The translations under genes were made by a program, and so were the position numbers. From Podarcis liolepis (taxonomy: Eukaryota), in the NCBI GenBank assembly GCA_965112155.1, contig OZ218101.1: a DNA stretch of 64,000 bases; one strand, 5' to 3'. The notes under the pieces are model-generated. The model worked only from the letters and a program-made list of their open reading frames with translations, ran no database searches and was not told the origin of the DNA. The first letter of the stretch is position 1; each line of letters starts with the position of its first letter. Shown one piece after another: positions 26,415 to 39,444 of the stretch.

Positions 26415-27118
26415 ATCGTTGAGGATTCTTGGAGAACAGGTAAGGTCCCTACAGACTGGAGGTGGGCAAATATTGTCCCCATCTTCAAAAGGGGGGGAAA
26501 GACTACCCAGGCAACTACCGACTTGTGAGCTTGACACCAATACCAAGAAATGTCCTAGAGCAGATAATGAAAGGTCAGTCCTTGAGCACTTAGAAAAAGA
26601 TGCTGTGATTACTAAGACCCAGCATGGCTTTCTCAAAAACAAGTCATGCCAGATGAATCTCATTTCTTTTTTTCTTTTTCTTTTTGATAGTTACTATTTT
26701 GTGGATCAGGAGAAAGCAGTGAACATAGTATGTCTTGAGTTCAGTAAGATTGTTGACAAAGTTCCCCATGATTACCTTGTAGAAGCTGAAAGGAGATGTG
26801 ATAGTCATCTTCCAATATCTAAAGAGCTGTCATATGAAGGATGGAGCAAGCTTGTTTCCTCCTGCTCCACAGGCTAGGATCTTCAAGTTACAAGAAACGA
26901 GATTCCGACTAAACATCAGGAAGAACTTTCTGACAGTAAGAACTGTTCAGTAGTGGAACAGACTTCCATAAGAGGTGGTGAATTCGCCTTCCTTGGAGGT
27001 TTTTAAGCAAAGCTTGGATGACAATCTGTCATGTATAATCTAGTTGAGATTCCTGCATTGCCAAGAGTTGAACTAGATGACCCAGGGGTATCAACTCTAC
27101 AAATCTATGATTCTATGA
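26415..27118 (+). mobile_element. Internally deleted CR1 RT fragment with 3' end
   Basis: ORF 26419-26877 includes [28 protein letters not shown]...DKVPHD; ends with the CTATGATTCTATGA tail. Confidence 0.85.
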
Positions 27119-27925
27119 TGCTAAGTACAATTTAATAAATAAACACTTTGTACCATTAATGTGCCTACTTGTTTTTGACTTGTTTCTAACAACAAGGTCT
27201 GTATTTTGCTAAGCATGCTTAACAAAAAAAGTAAATAATATAGTGATAGAAACTAGGTCAAGTGGGTTCTCTAGAAAGAAATGTGGGGCTGCGAGATACT
27301 TAGCCATGAAAACTGCTTTACGGGCTTGAGGGCAGGCAGCTCTGTTGTCAGGGAAGAACTCATAGGACTTTTAAGACCTAAGCATTTTTCCAAACAATGT
27401 GGCCAAACTAGAAAGGTGCTGCTACTGTTTCTACATTACAAAAAGAAGTGCAAAAACTGAAAGATTAAGGCTGAAATCTTAGGCATACTTGCCAGGAACT
27501 CCTCTCCCTTTGGCTACTATAGACTTTCACTGAAGACTAGTTTTCATCACTTGTTTCTCTCTACAACTACTCTGCAGTTCACAGAATGTTAGTTCATATT
27601 CAACTCTTAAAAGTAGAAGTCCTTTCAGACTTTTCTTGATGTGGTAATCTTCTAGGGTACCTCTCCTACCTTTTCCTCATTGCTGGCTGGAGATAATAAT
27701 AGTTCCCATTTTTGAGAGGAGCTGAAAACTAGAGAAAGCATGCCAATGGTTGCTAGGGATCCACTAACACTTCCAAATTGTTTCCAGAAACTGAGAGCCC
27801 AGGTACATCCCTCTTCTAACAGCAAACTTAAGGGGTGAGTGCCAGATGGATTGAATCCAAATTAGGGTGTCAAAGAAACAAGAGGGAAGTATCAGCAGGT
27901 TTCCACCCCAAGGTTTCCAGAACTA

Positions 27926-28262
27926 CAGTGGTGCCCCGCAAGACGAATGCCTCGCAAGACGGAAAACCCGCTAGACGAAAGGGTTTTCCGTTTTTGAGCT
28001 GCTTCACAAGATGATTTTCCCTATGGGCTAGCTTTGCAAGACGAAAACGTCTTACAAGTGTTCCGATTTTTTTTCGCTTCCCCCCCTTTTCCTAAGCCGC
28101 TAAGCTGCTAATAGCCTTTTAGCCGCTAATCCGCTAATCCTTTAATAGCCGCTAAACCGCTAATAGCGCTAATCCGCTAATAGGGTTGCTTTGCAAGACG
28201 AAAAAACCGCTAGACGAAGAGACTCGCGGAACGGATTAATTTCGTCTTGCGAGGCACCACTG
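27926..28262 (+). mobile_element. Tc1/mariner MITE with internal (GCCGCTAA)-type repeats
   Basis: 22-bp TIR CAGTGGTGCCYCGCAAGACGAA, TA TSDs on both sides; inverted sister copy at 57872-58192. Confidence 0.92.
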
Positions 28263-28564
28263 TACAAAAATATTTTAAGAAGAAAATGTTCTAGGAACAA
28301 ATCCCCTTAAAACTGTGAAATAGGAACTGAACATGTTAAGCAACCATAAAATGTTGAGAAAATGGGGGGGGGGGACAAGCTAGGAGAGTCAAATGCCCTG
28401 CTTGAGCCCCTTGCATTTTAGTAGTCTAAAGGTGGGCATAGCTAGCTGGAACCTTGAACAGGAGCATTCAGGTTAGGGAGGTGATGATGTGCTGCAGCAC
28501 AGAGCCCCCTAATAATATACTAGCAGTGTGAGACATAGCCAGGTTCTGATAGCTGAGACTTCTG

Positions 28565-28870
28565 GTCCAACTACACATTTAAAACAGTATCATACCACTT
28601 TAAACTGTCATACCTCCCCCCACAAAATCCCAGGAAGTGTAGTTTGTTAAGGAAGCCTCTATTCCCCCCGCAGAGCGACAATTCACAGAGTTCCCTGAGA
28701 AGATTTATTGAATGTAAAACCTCTAAGGGAACTGTAGACCTGTGAGGGGAATATGGGTCTCCTAACATTGCTCAGCACAAACAAACCACAGTTCCCAGGA
28801 TTCCTTGGAGTAAGCTATAACTGCTTAAAGCGGTATGACACTGCTTTAACTGTTTAGTGCAAACAGGTCC
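28565..28870. mobile_element. Harbinger-like MITE
   Basis: Long imperfect terminal inversion (AAAACAGTATCATACCACTTTAA / TTAAAGCGGTATGACACTGCTTT); same family as 12985-13215. Confidence 0.6.
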
Positions 28871-31291
28871 TCTGAATGAAATTTACCCTTTGTCACCTTG
28901 TTCAGCAAATTCCACCTAATATCAAACCATGAAAGTGTAATATGTAGCTAGGCTATGTGTTAAGATTACATATTTAGAGACAAAATTCTAAATCTGTACA
29001 CTGCAATATACCTCATTCTTCACCTACCCTAGGGCACATTAATTGGCCAATTACAATTCATTACTATGAAGCTTGGAGATCACTGCGCCCACATTAGTGA
29101 TCATTCTACGACACTGTTGATCTAACTTCCCTTATAACACATTGATATAAACAATGAAGCTACTCTATGGATCAGAGATATCAATATCCAGAGGATATAG
29201 TATGGCAGAAGAGTGTGGGTGGATTGAAAGAGTATACGCAGCACAAGTAGTCCCATACACATAAATATCCTCATGTCCTCCAATGACTCAAAAGTTTTAA
29301 GAATGTATATAATTTTTTTTTGGGGGGGGAATCATGTTTATGGTTTGAGTCCTGCTAAGAGTTATAATATGTATATGCACTACAATACTAAATCACTGCT
29401 CAACATTATAGCATCACCAGGGTCTGTCTTTTTTTAAAAAAAAGAAAATGAAGCCCTGTTCTTAAAGCAAACACAACACAGATCATATAAACCTTGCATT
29501 TGGCTGCATACAAATTAGTTTTTTAAAAAATATCTACAGGTAATATACTTCACATGCAGTCTTTTGGCTAAAGATTCTTTATTCGGAACTAATAAATAGA
29601 GGTACAACCATATAAGGCTTCAGCTGAACAGTAAGCATGGTACATGCATCACTGACAGTAAGCATGTTTTTATGCTTGCAAATATATAGTTATTTGGTGC
29701 TGTATTGTGGGGATGAAAAATCAGAAGTATCTCATAAGTTAGTATAAAATCTAAGTTTATTGTTTCTTGGTTACATAAGGAATAGAGCATTATCCCATAA
29801 TTAGTATAATATAGTATATCAGTATCATTAAGTCTCATTAAAAATAAAAACCTCGCTCAAACTAATTAAGTTAAGTTGAATCTGCAGAACCTGAAATCAT
29901 AAGGAGAACTTAATAATTAATATATATATACCCTAAATTATCTGATGAACACCAATGGTTCCTCTTTTAAAGGCAACATGGCAATTGTTAACATTTATGT
30001 TACACTTAGATTTCTCCTAAGTGTTTGGATATATTTGTTTTGTCCAGTCCTCTTACTTCCTCCTATTCCAAATTATATACTAAAAGACTCCCCCTCTCCT
30101 TGAAAAGCATGGTATTATCATTATTCAACTAACTGTATTGCCATCCCAGCATTCTTACTTTCAAACACACACCATGGAGCTCCCAGTTAAAATACTTTAT
30201 AATGTATCTTGAGAAATGATAGTGTTTTACTAAATATCAATCACTTTAATTTAAATTCTGTAATTATGCATTCCATAAAACACTGTCATGAACAAATAAC
30301 AGCAAAATAATAATGTACATATCCGTACAAACTTTACAGATACTCAATAGAATCTATATTATCCAATATATCCAATCTATATTACCCAATATATTATATA
30401 TTATCCAACACAAATATTTCCGTATTATAAACATGACCTTACAGGTTTTGGTAACCAAGTCATTTTCCCAGTTGTGTGACTCCACAGAAATAATTAGATG
30501 CTTAATTAAAATAATATTTTGCTAACGGTGTTCTAGTACTCTAAATATGTCAGATACCACAAGGGTAAAAAATAGTTAACATTTTAAATGAACATACTGT
30601 TATCACTCACACATGTCTGTCCAAAAATATATACCTTATTCTGGAGAAAACAGCATTTACATTTTCTTTATAAAAAGAAAAACCATTAACTGTAGATTTA
30701 AAGCAATTAAAACAATGCTGTATCCATTCTGCAAACCGTTTTAGGAAGATCAAGGTTGACAAAATAAGTAAATAAACTGAAGATGTTTTGGTCAATATGC
30801 ATTACGAAACTACTCCCGTTCTGAATAATAATAAAAAACTTAAGAAGAAAATCCATTCAGAGTGGTAGAGATTAAGTATTTTCATGCTCATCAAATTTAT
30901 AATAATAGTTTAGATTGAAAGAAAAGCAAAATCTTATTAGGCATTCACTAAAGCTTTCTTAACAAAAGGGCTTGTGGCCCCTTCACACACAAAAAACCCT
31001 TAACCCTTGACCTTTTCTCAGTTAACAGAATAAGAACACTGAAAATATTACATATCATATGAATGTTTGTTTTGTACAAACACTCTTCTCCCTCTACTCT
31101 TGGGTAAGAAAAAACGAAGTCCTCTATTTGAAACAGCCCAAGCCTGCTTCTTAAGTCATGTGACTTTTTTTTTTTTTTTTTTGCTAAGAGCCATGTGCTC
31201 GCGTATCATTTTACTCTGAAATATCTATGCGGATTTCAGCTCAACCTGCCTTTGCTTATAATGCATGACATGGGCTGTGAGGGAGCATGAG

Positions 31292-31445
31292 NNNNNNNNN
31301 NNNNNNNNNNNNNNNNNNNNNNNNNNNNNNNNNNNNNNNNNNNNNNNNNNNNNNNNNNNNNNNNNNNNNNNNNNNNNNNNNNNNNNNNNNNNNNNNNNNN
31401 NNNNNNNNNNNNNNNNNNNNNNNNNNNNNNNNNNNNNNNNNNNNN
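31292..31445. ncRNA. Masked 154-nt block; inferred small structured RNA (probable pre-miRNA plus flanks), identity not readable
   Basis: N-run of hairpin-plus-flank size, flanked by complementary AGGGAGCA (31280-31287) and TGCTCCCT (31467-31474), in unique TE-free DNA. Contextual inference only. Confidence 0.45.
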
Positions 31446-31638
31446 TACCTCTTTGCAGCCACGAGCTGCTCCCTATTGTTAAAAGAGGTACGCCTTGATT
31501 TTTCTCTGTCGTGACCGAACTTGTCTCTTCTTCAAAGGGCAAGATGCTGCAGGTCATCGGTCTAGACTGTTTGCACGGTCCAGAGAACAGCCTTGATGTA
31601 ACCCTTGCTCCGTCTGTGCCACACCACCAGCCGTGCAA

Positions 31639-31786
31639 NNNNNNNNNNNNNNNNNNNNNNNNNNNNNNNNNNNNNNNNNNNNNNNNNNNNNNNNNNNNNN
31701 NNNNNNNNNNNNNNNNNNNNNNNNNNNNNNNNNNNNNNNNNNNNNNNNNNNNNNNNNNNNNNNNNNNNNNNNNNNNNNNNNNNNNN
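31639..31786. ncRNA. Masked 148-nt block; inferred second small structured RNA of a two-member cluster
   Basis: N-run 193 nt from the first block, of similar size, with GC-elevated unique flanks. Contextual inference only. Confidence 0.45.
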
Positions 31787-34700
31787 GCCCAAACCTGTGC
31801 AAAGGGCCAAACTGTTTCCTTTACTCCCAAGTAGTGTTCTTCATTAGATATCTGTTTCTCATTTATTTTATCCAGTTACATATTGATGTTATGCTTCTTC
31901 TGTACAACCACAATCGTTATTCTCAGGCTACATCAACCATCACCTTTCTTCTCCTCAGCTTTTAAAGTAATTTTCTTCCACATAGTCATAGTTAAGGTTC
32001 ACTCCTCAGCAAAGTACTTGGATATCGATGATTTAAGGCTGTAAAAACTGAGTGATCATGAGCAGTCAAAAGTGTGTTAAAAGCACACTGTTGGTGCTTT
32101 GATTACTATTACAAGTAATAAAGCTAATTCAATGCAGAAATAAATGAAGCACATCTCACATTCAGAGAGACAAAGTAAGAAAAAGTGTTGCCTTTTTTAA
32201 AATGGAAGGAAAAAAATCATTTTTCACAAATGTGTAAAAAAAGAGAACTATAGCTTAATCTCTCTCACCACAAAGTCAATGAAACTTTGATCTGAAAATA
32301 ATGGAAATGTTCCCTCTTCAGTAAAATGGCTACCAAACATATTTTTATTTGAAAGAATATATTTCATAAGGGGGGGGGGAGAGAAACCCTGTGAAAGTTA
32401 TGTATAAATGTTTCGAAACCAAACCAAGCATTCAAATATACTTAATTTAAAAAGGAAAACAAACCAACAATCTTCAGTCCCCAAAGCACATAAAGTGACG
32501 TATTCTGAAAACTGTTGATAATCATGTTTTGCTCATCCTCAAATACTGTGACCAAATCTCTATGACCACTGGCTGTCAAAAAAAGGACGGGAAAGTTAAC
32601 CCCCTGACAACTATCAGGATCTGTTCATTGTAAAGTATGCTTGCCTCTACTCCGGTCTAATAAAATTCGGAATCAAAAAGGGCTTATATATTCTTCAGAC
32701 TGCTGCTTAGCAAGAACTGTCTATATATGACATCAGTATCTGTGTATGTTTTGAGATATCAGTTTCTCTGTACTTGGAATACATACCTATTTTGTCTAAT
32801 TGCCAAAGGCAAAGGGGAGGTGCACTAAAGAATAAAGAAGGTTATTGTGACAGATGAAACATAATTCACAATGAATACTCTTTTCATCCAGACTTAAATA
32901 GAAGAGGATTACTCCAAGGAGAATTTTAGAAGAGACAGTATACTTTGATTCCAATAATATAAGGACAGGCCACAAACTGGAAAGGCACTGTAAACCTAAA
33001 TAGGATTTTGCTGAAGATTTTGGATTTCTCCGTACTGGAAGAAGTGCTAACTTGAAGAAAGTCTGAAGAGAAACAGTCAATGCAAAGCAATATGAGCTGG
33101 GATTTTCTGGAGTGGATAATGATGAATGTTTGTCTTATATTTCTTCTTCATTTGACAGAACCTTAATGAAATGAGATCACGCTATTTCTTCAGTAAATTT
33201 GTTCTGTGAAAGTAGGTACCTTATTTTAATACACTTACTAAACTTATCTGGCTTCATAGAACTTCATTTGTTAATCTTCCTTCTATACTTTGCTTTTTCA
33301 GATGCTGGAGAAGTTAAAATTAGAAAATACTTACTAGAATAATTGTTTTACCAGATACAGGCAAATGTATTAGAACCAAAACACATTATATACATATAAC
33401 TACACATTTATTTTACTTGCATTTTTGAAATTTTCAGGGGGGAATGGTTTAAACTGTAAATTGTTTAACTAATTCATTTTAATATTCTCTTTTGCTCATT
33501 TCACTTCCCTCTTTTTTAAAGTACATTTTGAGAAAATTAATTACTTATTATGATCATAGTTATTTAACAAGTAAACATAATAAACCCTTGCTTTTTCTAC
33601 ATTTTCATTTTCGTTGATGCAAATATATCTTAATTAACAAATACAAATAGGTGCATTTTATATGTTAGTCATTGTTGCTGCCGTTTTGCCACAAAACAAT
33701 GTAGCAAGATATAATTTAAGCTAAAACAGAATACAGAGAATCTTAAATGGTAATACCCCAAAACAGTTTAGGGCGAAAGCACACATTAGATTCTTGTTAT
33801 AGGTTTTCTTCATTATTGTATACATTATAAAATACTTCTAAATGACTGTAAGGATGAAAAATGGTTTCTTAATCGAAATAAGAAATGTTTTAAATAATAA
33901 ATGTTCTATAGTATAGCTCTATCTTTACTTGTTTCATACTTAATGACATGCCACCCAGTTTCAGTTCTGAACAGCATGCTACACATTTTAGCAACTTGTT
34001 TGTCCACATATAAGATTACTGAAGATTAAATTAACATTTGAATTAATATTAGTCCAGACATCTGAAAGAAGATGCTGTCCATTGAGTTACATCCCCTAAT
34101 TTTATTACCAAGAAAAAATGTCATACTATAATCTGTCACTACAAAAAACTATTCAGAACAATATATACGATACTATTCAAGCACTACTTTCAAATATCTA
34201 TAATATCAAACTGCCTATATTCCTTGTAATAACAACCATGGCATAATTCAACATTTCTGTAGCCCTTTCTCATAGAATACGCAAGGATGAAAAGAAATAG
34301 TGAAATGCAAGCTATTTTATCATGTTGAGTACAGAGCAAGAGGCGTCAGCTCAAAAGACAAATAAGCTGAAAACAATTGTTTCATACAAAATGTCCATCT
34401 GTGTCAATTTCAGAGGTACGTGTTAAAGAAAAAGAACTGAGTACAGCCATTTTTATTTCATTTTGAATTTTAGTCATTATATGCTTCACTGAACCCTTAT
34501 TAGAATATTTACTTTAAATATTTAGCTGCCATGAAGATTCTAAAATAGAAGGTTCCAATTTAAATCTTAAGATAGTATCTTTTAGAAAACTGTGACTACA
34601 CTATTCATTTTTATCAAGTTATGTTTAATGAAACAAAACATTAAAAGCTGCAATCTTAGTAGCAAATCACTGCATCTGAATAAAGTGCTTCACAAAACAG

Positions 34701-37509
34701 AATGTTATACTAACCATACAAATTAATATTACATAGTAAAATTTGATGCCACTATATGCTTAGCTAGGTTGCATAACAGTATTGTAGATCAACATCTCAT
34801 TTTTGTAAAAAAATATTGTAGTCTACTAAACAATATTATTTTAAATACTACATTATTGTATAGTATCCCTGCATGCTAATAACAATTCAAAATGCATATT
34901 TTCTGCAATTAATTGGCTATGTTAGTAAATATGAAACGAATGTTTAGTTCATTGTTTGAAGTGTGAACATTTTTGTTTAAAGACTGTTTGCATTATTTCC
35001 CTTGACCTTTTGTTGCTGTATGGTTATTACAAATTCAGCAGAGCAATTTAAACATCTTTAATTAAAACTATTTTGATTCGATGAGGCTAGGAGCCGCACT
35101 CTCCATCTTTTTTTAAAGAAGACTTTGATTTTATAAGACAAGCTGGAGAGGAGTCAAATCTGCCACATGCTGTGTGAAAAAATGCCACCCTGGTGTGAAC
35201 AAAGGGTTTAGAATGGAGTCAAGAAGCGTGCAAGCTCAATGTGTAAGCTTTTCCTGTGAATTGTTCTGCCACAACCTGCAGGATATCAAGTGGGCCGGGA
35301 AGAATAGGCAGCTCTTAGAAGCTACAACAGAGAAACACTGGCAATCCAAAGTGTGTGAGAGCCTCTTTTGTTTTGCTTCATTACGGCAAACTGTTTTACC
35401 CAAACAGAAACTCAATTCAAGACCAAAAAAAGAAAAGGAAAAAGTCTGAGACTGGCTGAAGAACCAGTGGTATGTGCCTTTTTATCTTCTCACAGTCCGG
35501 AACAAGGTGATGGAATTTACAAATCAGATAATTCATGGCATGGGCCTCTCAACTCTCCTTCCAAAATATCAGAATAACTTGTGCTGCCCACCAAAAGAAA
35601 GAAAGCTCTGTGACCTCTTCCTAAGCTAACTGCTGTGAGATGGAGAAAAACATTAAACCTTTCTAGCTTTATACATTTCCTTCATGATGGGTGATGTTGA
35701 ATTGAAAATAAAATTCGGTTTTTTCTTAACTCCAGTGGGTCAACTTATTTTCACTCTTGACTAATATTTGTAACTTTTTTCCTCATTACTTGGCAACAAT
35801 TAATCTTCATAACATGCTCAAAAAACAATCCTCATAAAGTTTTTGACATTTATATACTGTTTTTTAACAACTGATATTCATAATCACCTTCAGTGATGGC
35901 ATAAACCTACTCGTCTCTTAGTTCAAAGACACAATTTCATGTAAGCATTAATTTGTGTGGGATACGATTCACTGTAATTTAGAAAGTAATATACCATAAG
36001 TGTTCTAATCAAAATTACGAATGTTTTAGGAATTCTATATCAGTCATTATCAATCTCCACGTAAACAACAGAATATATTATCTTTTTATCCTGCATAAAG
36101 AATTCTGTAAGAATCACATTGTGAAAGTTTCTCTCTTCCCAACTTACAAATACAGATCAATCTGTTACTATCATTACCATCACACAGTCCATTCTATTTA
36201 AAGTATAATGCAACACAACACCCAAGGACAATAGATATCTTAAAAAAAACACAAAACTTATTTCTACAATGACTTTGTTGTCATTATAAAATTATTCCTA
36301 ATTAGTTCACAGCTAGCTTAAAAACTAATATAATTGGATTTTAGCTAATTCTAGCAGAATATCAACAAGAGAAACTATTGAAAAAGGAATTTTAAATCTC
36401 ACTTTAACATTAATAACTCTTTCATACTGTATATAACAGAGGGAGTCTGTCCAAAGCAAACACTCAGTATATCCCATAATATTTCATAGTTTTCCATTGT
36501 TTTAGATGTAGACATGTGTGTGTTCACATGGAAATATGATTTCCACCAAAAACTGGGAAGGGGGACTGAATAAGTCTGAAAACAGTCTCAGTAATCTGGC
36601 CATTATGTATTGCTAATAAGTGTGATTGAGCTGGTCAGTGTCTGCACTGCAAAGAAGCACATTTTGTTCATTCTAAAACACCAGGAGGAATGCGGGTTCA
36701 GGCACACAGTAACAACATAATATGTTGCATAATATGTTTGCATGTCCATTCAGAATAAGCCCCACTAAGATCAACGAACCTTACTCCCAAGTAAGTGTTA
36801 ATAGGATTGCAGCCCAAGTAGCAGGTTTAGCAAAGAGGATATCAGCCTGGCTTCCTGTAGTAGAGCAAATGATACTGTAATTCTTTACTAGACCTGGCTG
36901 TTTGGATGTAACCATCATCCAATTTGCAGTTTTGAATTCCAGTGGTCAGTCCTGAGCAGAACACAACTCAAATTGCTCGTGTTATGAACATTTTTATTGA
37001 GTATTTTTGCTAGGGTTTTAAACATGATTTTAGTTCTTTTTGAACCATTATCCATTAACTCTTGTTGCACCATAACACTGTCTAATGTCCCTGCACATCT
37101 GAAACTCACACACTTCACCCTCTCCCTTACATCCTTCTCTCTTTATACACCGTGGCACAAGCACTGTTTTTCGGGGGGGGGGGGTGCCACCACATGTTTG
37201 CACTCTCTTTTATCAGTTACCCCCTTTCCCCACCTCAGGTCTCTCTGGACCCCATCTCTGAATCTTGTAGCCCTGCTATTTTTGTCTGAACTACCACAGG
37301 CTGCTTGTGCCCTCTGTGTCTCCCTCATGTGTTGCTTCTCTGTTCATATTTTCTCTTTTCTTTGGCCCTTTGCACCATCACAGTTTTCTCTGTGACTCTT
37401 CAATATTAGCTATATTCTCTCCTTCCCCATCATGCACATCTCTTTGTACCCCACCATCTTCCTCTCCCCACTTTTTATTTCTTCAGTCATCATTCCTCTC
37501 CTCTTTCAC

Positions 37510-37726
37510 TAGTGTCAGATTACCAAACAGGCAGAGTAGGCCATGGGCCCCACACCTTTTAGGGGGCCCATGATAATGGATCAAAATAATATTGATTTAA
37601 ACTTGAAATAAAATTGTTTATTAAAATTGTTGGTTGGCAAAATCATAAACATATTAGATTATCTGTGAGGTCCCCCCACAAGATTTCAACTGCCTAGGGG
37701 CCTCCACAGGGTTCAATCCAGCACTG
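37510..37726. mobile_element. hAT MITE
   Basis: TIRs TAGTGTCAGATT / AATCCAGCACTG with an 8-bp TSD TCTTTCAC / TCCTTCAC (1 mismatch). Confidence 0.7.
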
Positions 37727-39242
37727 TCCTTCACCCCTTATCTCTCAGCTCCTCACTCACTCTGATAAAAACACACGACTGTTTGACTGTCATGTCACAC
37801 AACTACTTAACACAAACAGGTACGAAAAGGTTGGGGGCGGTTTGAATGCCGAAAAGAAGAAAAACTGTTGTCAACTGCATCACAAGCCTTTGGATTCTAA
37901 ACAAGGAGCGGCAATGATCACCTAATGATTGTTGGCATATGTTGCCAACCAAGCACCCACTTTTAAGGGCCATGGTAAGAGGAAGGCAATCAGGTCTGGT
38001 TTAAACTGTGTGTGTAGAAAATACTTTGTGTGTCTGTGCCTGATCTGTTGCATACTGACTTCATTAAAATGTTCTAACATTCTAGTATTTTATAAAATAT
38101 GATTCCCAGTTCAGTTTTGTACATCACTGTAACATCCTCAGTCTTTCTAATACAAATCCTTATACTTTCCCCATCTTCTATGTGGAAGACATTCCAGACC
38201 TGCAGTATAATTGTTGCAAGGTTTTGTAGTTGTCTTGTTTCCTTCTTAAGGCAGAATGTTGAGAATCATGTAGTTAGTCCGCCTCAAGGTCTGGTTGCAA
38301 CACTGAGTTACATACTGTAATTATGAAGTTTTCTATGTTATAGTTTAGACAGTTCCTAATAATCAATAGAAATTCTGTTCACATCAATGCATTTAGGAAG
38401 CCATCTACACAGTAATGCTAATATTTCTTTCCTGAGTTGAGGGTACAAAAGCAGTTGTTACTTCTGCCCTTTTGTCATTACAAGTACTTAATGCATTTAT
38501 ATGGATGCATGCTAGAATCAAATATTCAAGAAATAAAAAATACTCAAAAATAAGGAATTTTCAAACCTATAATGAAAAGTCACAATCGGGGCTGAAACAC
38601 AGGTGAGTTCAGCACTATGTGATTGAATATTATGCCATCTTTAAAACAGGCTGAAAGTCTCTGCATTTGATTGGAGGCAAAGATCCTGAATCCCGCTGCC
38701 CTCAGACTGGGGAGGATATTCATTTTGGGTAATTGTTCCTATTGGGTAATTGTTCCTATTAACTGATACCACATGTTCGTCAAGACACAGCCAATTAGTA
38801 TTGTCCTGTTGAGTGGCTAGACCAAACACTTGGCCTCCAGCAGTATCACTGGTATACATTTTGTCTACCACTGTCTTAGTCTACTTTGTGAATCTAATGC
38901 TACCTATGAAAGCTCTCACCACAGTGAATAACTTCACATCTAAGATGCTACAGAGGTATTGTCAATTTTATTAAAGCTGAAACTTGAATTTGGACCTGTG
39001 GATGTGGCCACTAAATAAAATCTATCAGGAAAGTGACTGTCTTTGAATACAGTCAGAAACCTTTATCTGTGGCATGAGTTCATAATTGCCTACAGAGTTT
39101 CCAGGAGCTAAGCTCTCCTGAGTTTTACTTTTAAATATTTATTTCATCGTCAAATCTTAAACTCATCTGCTCACTACCAATACTGTTTCTTGTTGGGTTC
39201 AAATATACAGAATTTCCCCTACAACATCAAAATGAGAGGAAG

Positions 39243-39427
39243 ATAGTAGGTCGTCTTATACTGTGTCAAACCCTTGGTCCATCTAGCTCCTTACAATCTG
39301 TCCTGACTGGCACCAGGTATCTTGGATATCCAGAAAGGAATCCTTCCTATCTCTACCTGCAGATGCTAGACTGAAATTGTGACCTTCTGCATGCAAAACA
39401 TTTGCTATACCACTGAGCTCAAGCCCT
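39243..39427 (-). mobile_element. Squam3-like tRNA SINE
   Basis: GACCTTCTGCATGCAAAACATTTGCTATACCACTGAGCT is the reverse of a tRNA-Cys-like head; CR1-like tail. Confidence 0.7.
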
Positions 39428-39444
39428 CAAAATGATTCATCATA

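Noticed and set aside
27926-28262. Repeat-spacer-like pattern (GCAAGACG units) suggestive of CRISPR
   Set aside because: Vertebrate DNA, irregular spacing, enclosed by TIRs and TA TSDs; it is a MITE.
31292-31786. Naming a specific miRNA family for the masked blocks
   Set aside because: No mature or seed sequence is visible and I cannot match the flanks to a known locus with confidence.
31225-31830. 201-aa minus-strand ORF and other ORFs spanning the N-blocks
   Set aside because: Length is inflated by N codons, it has a non-ATG start with an in-frame stop shortly upstream, and the readable parts resemble no protein I recognise.
39355-39427. Possible tRNA-Cys gene on the minus strand
   Set aside because: Degenerate SINE head attached to a CR1-like tail.
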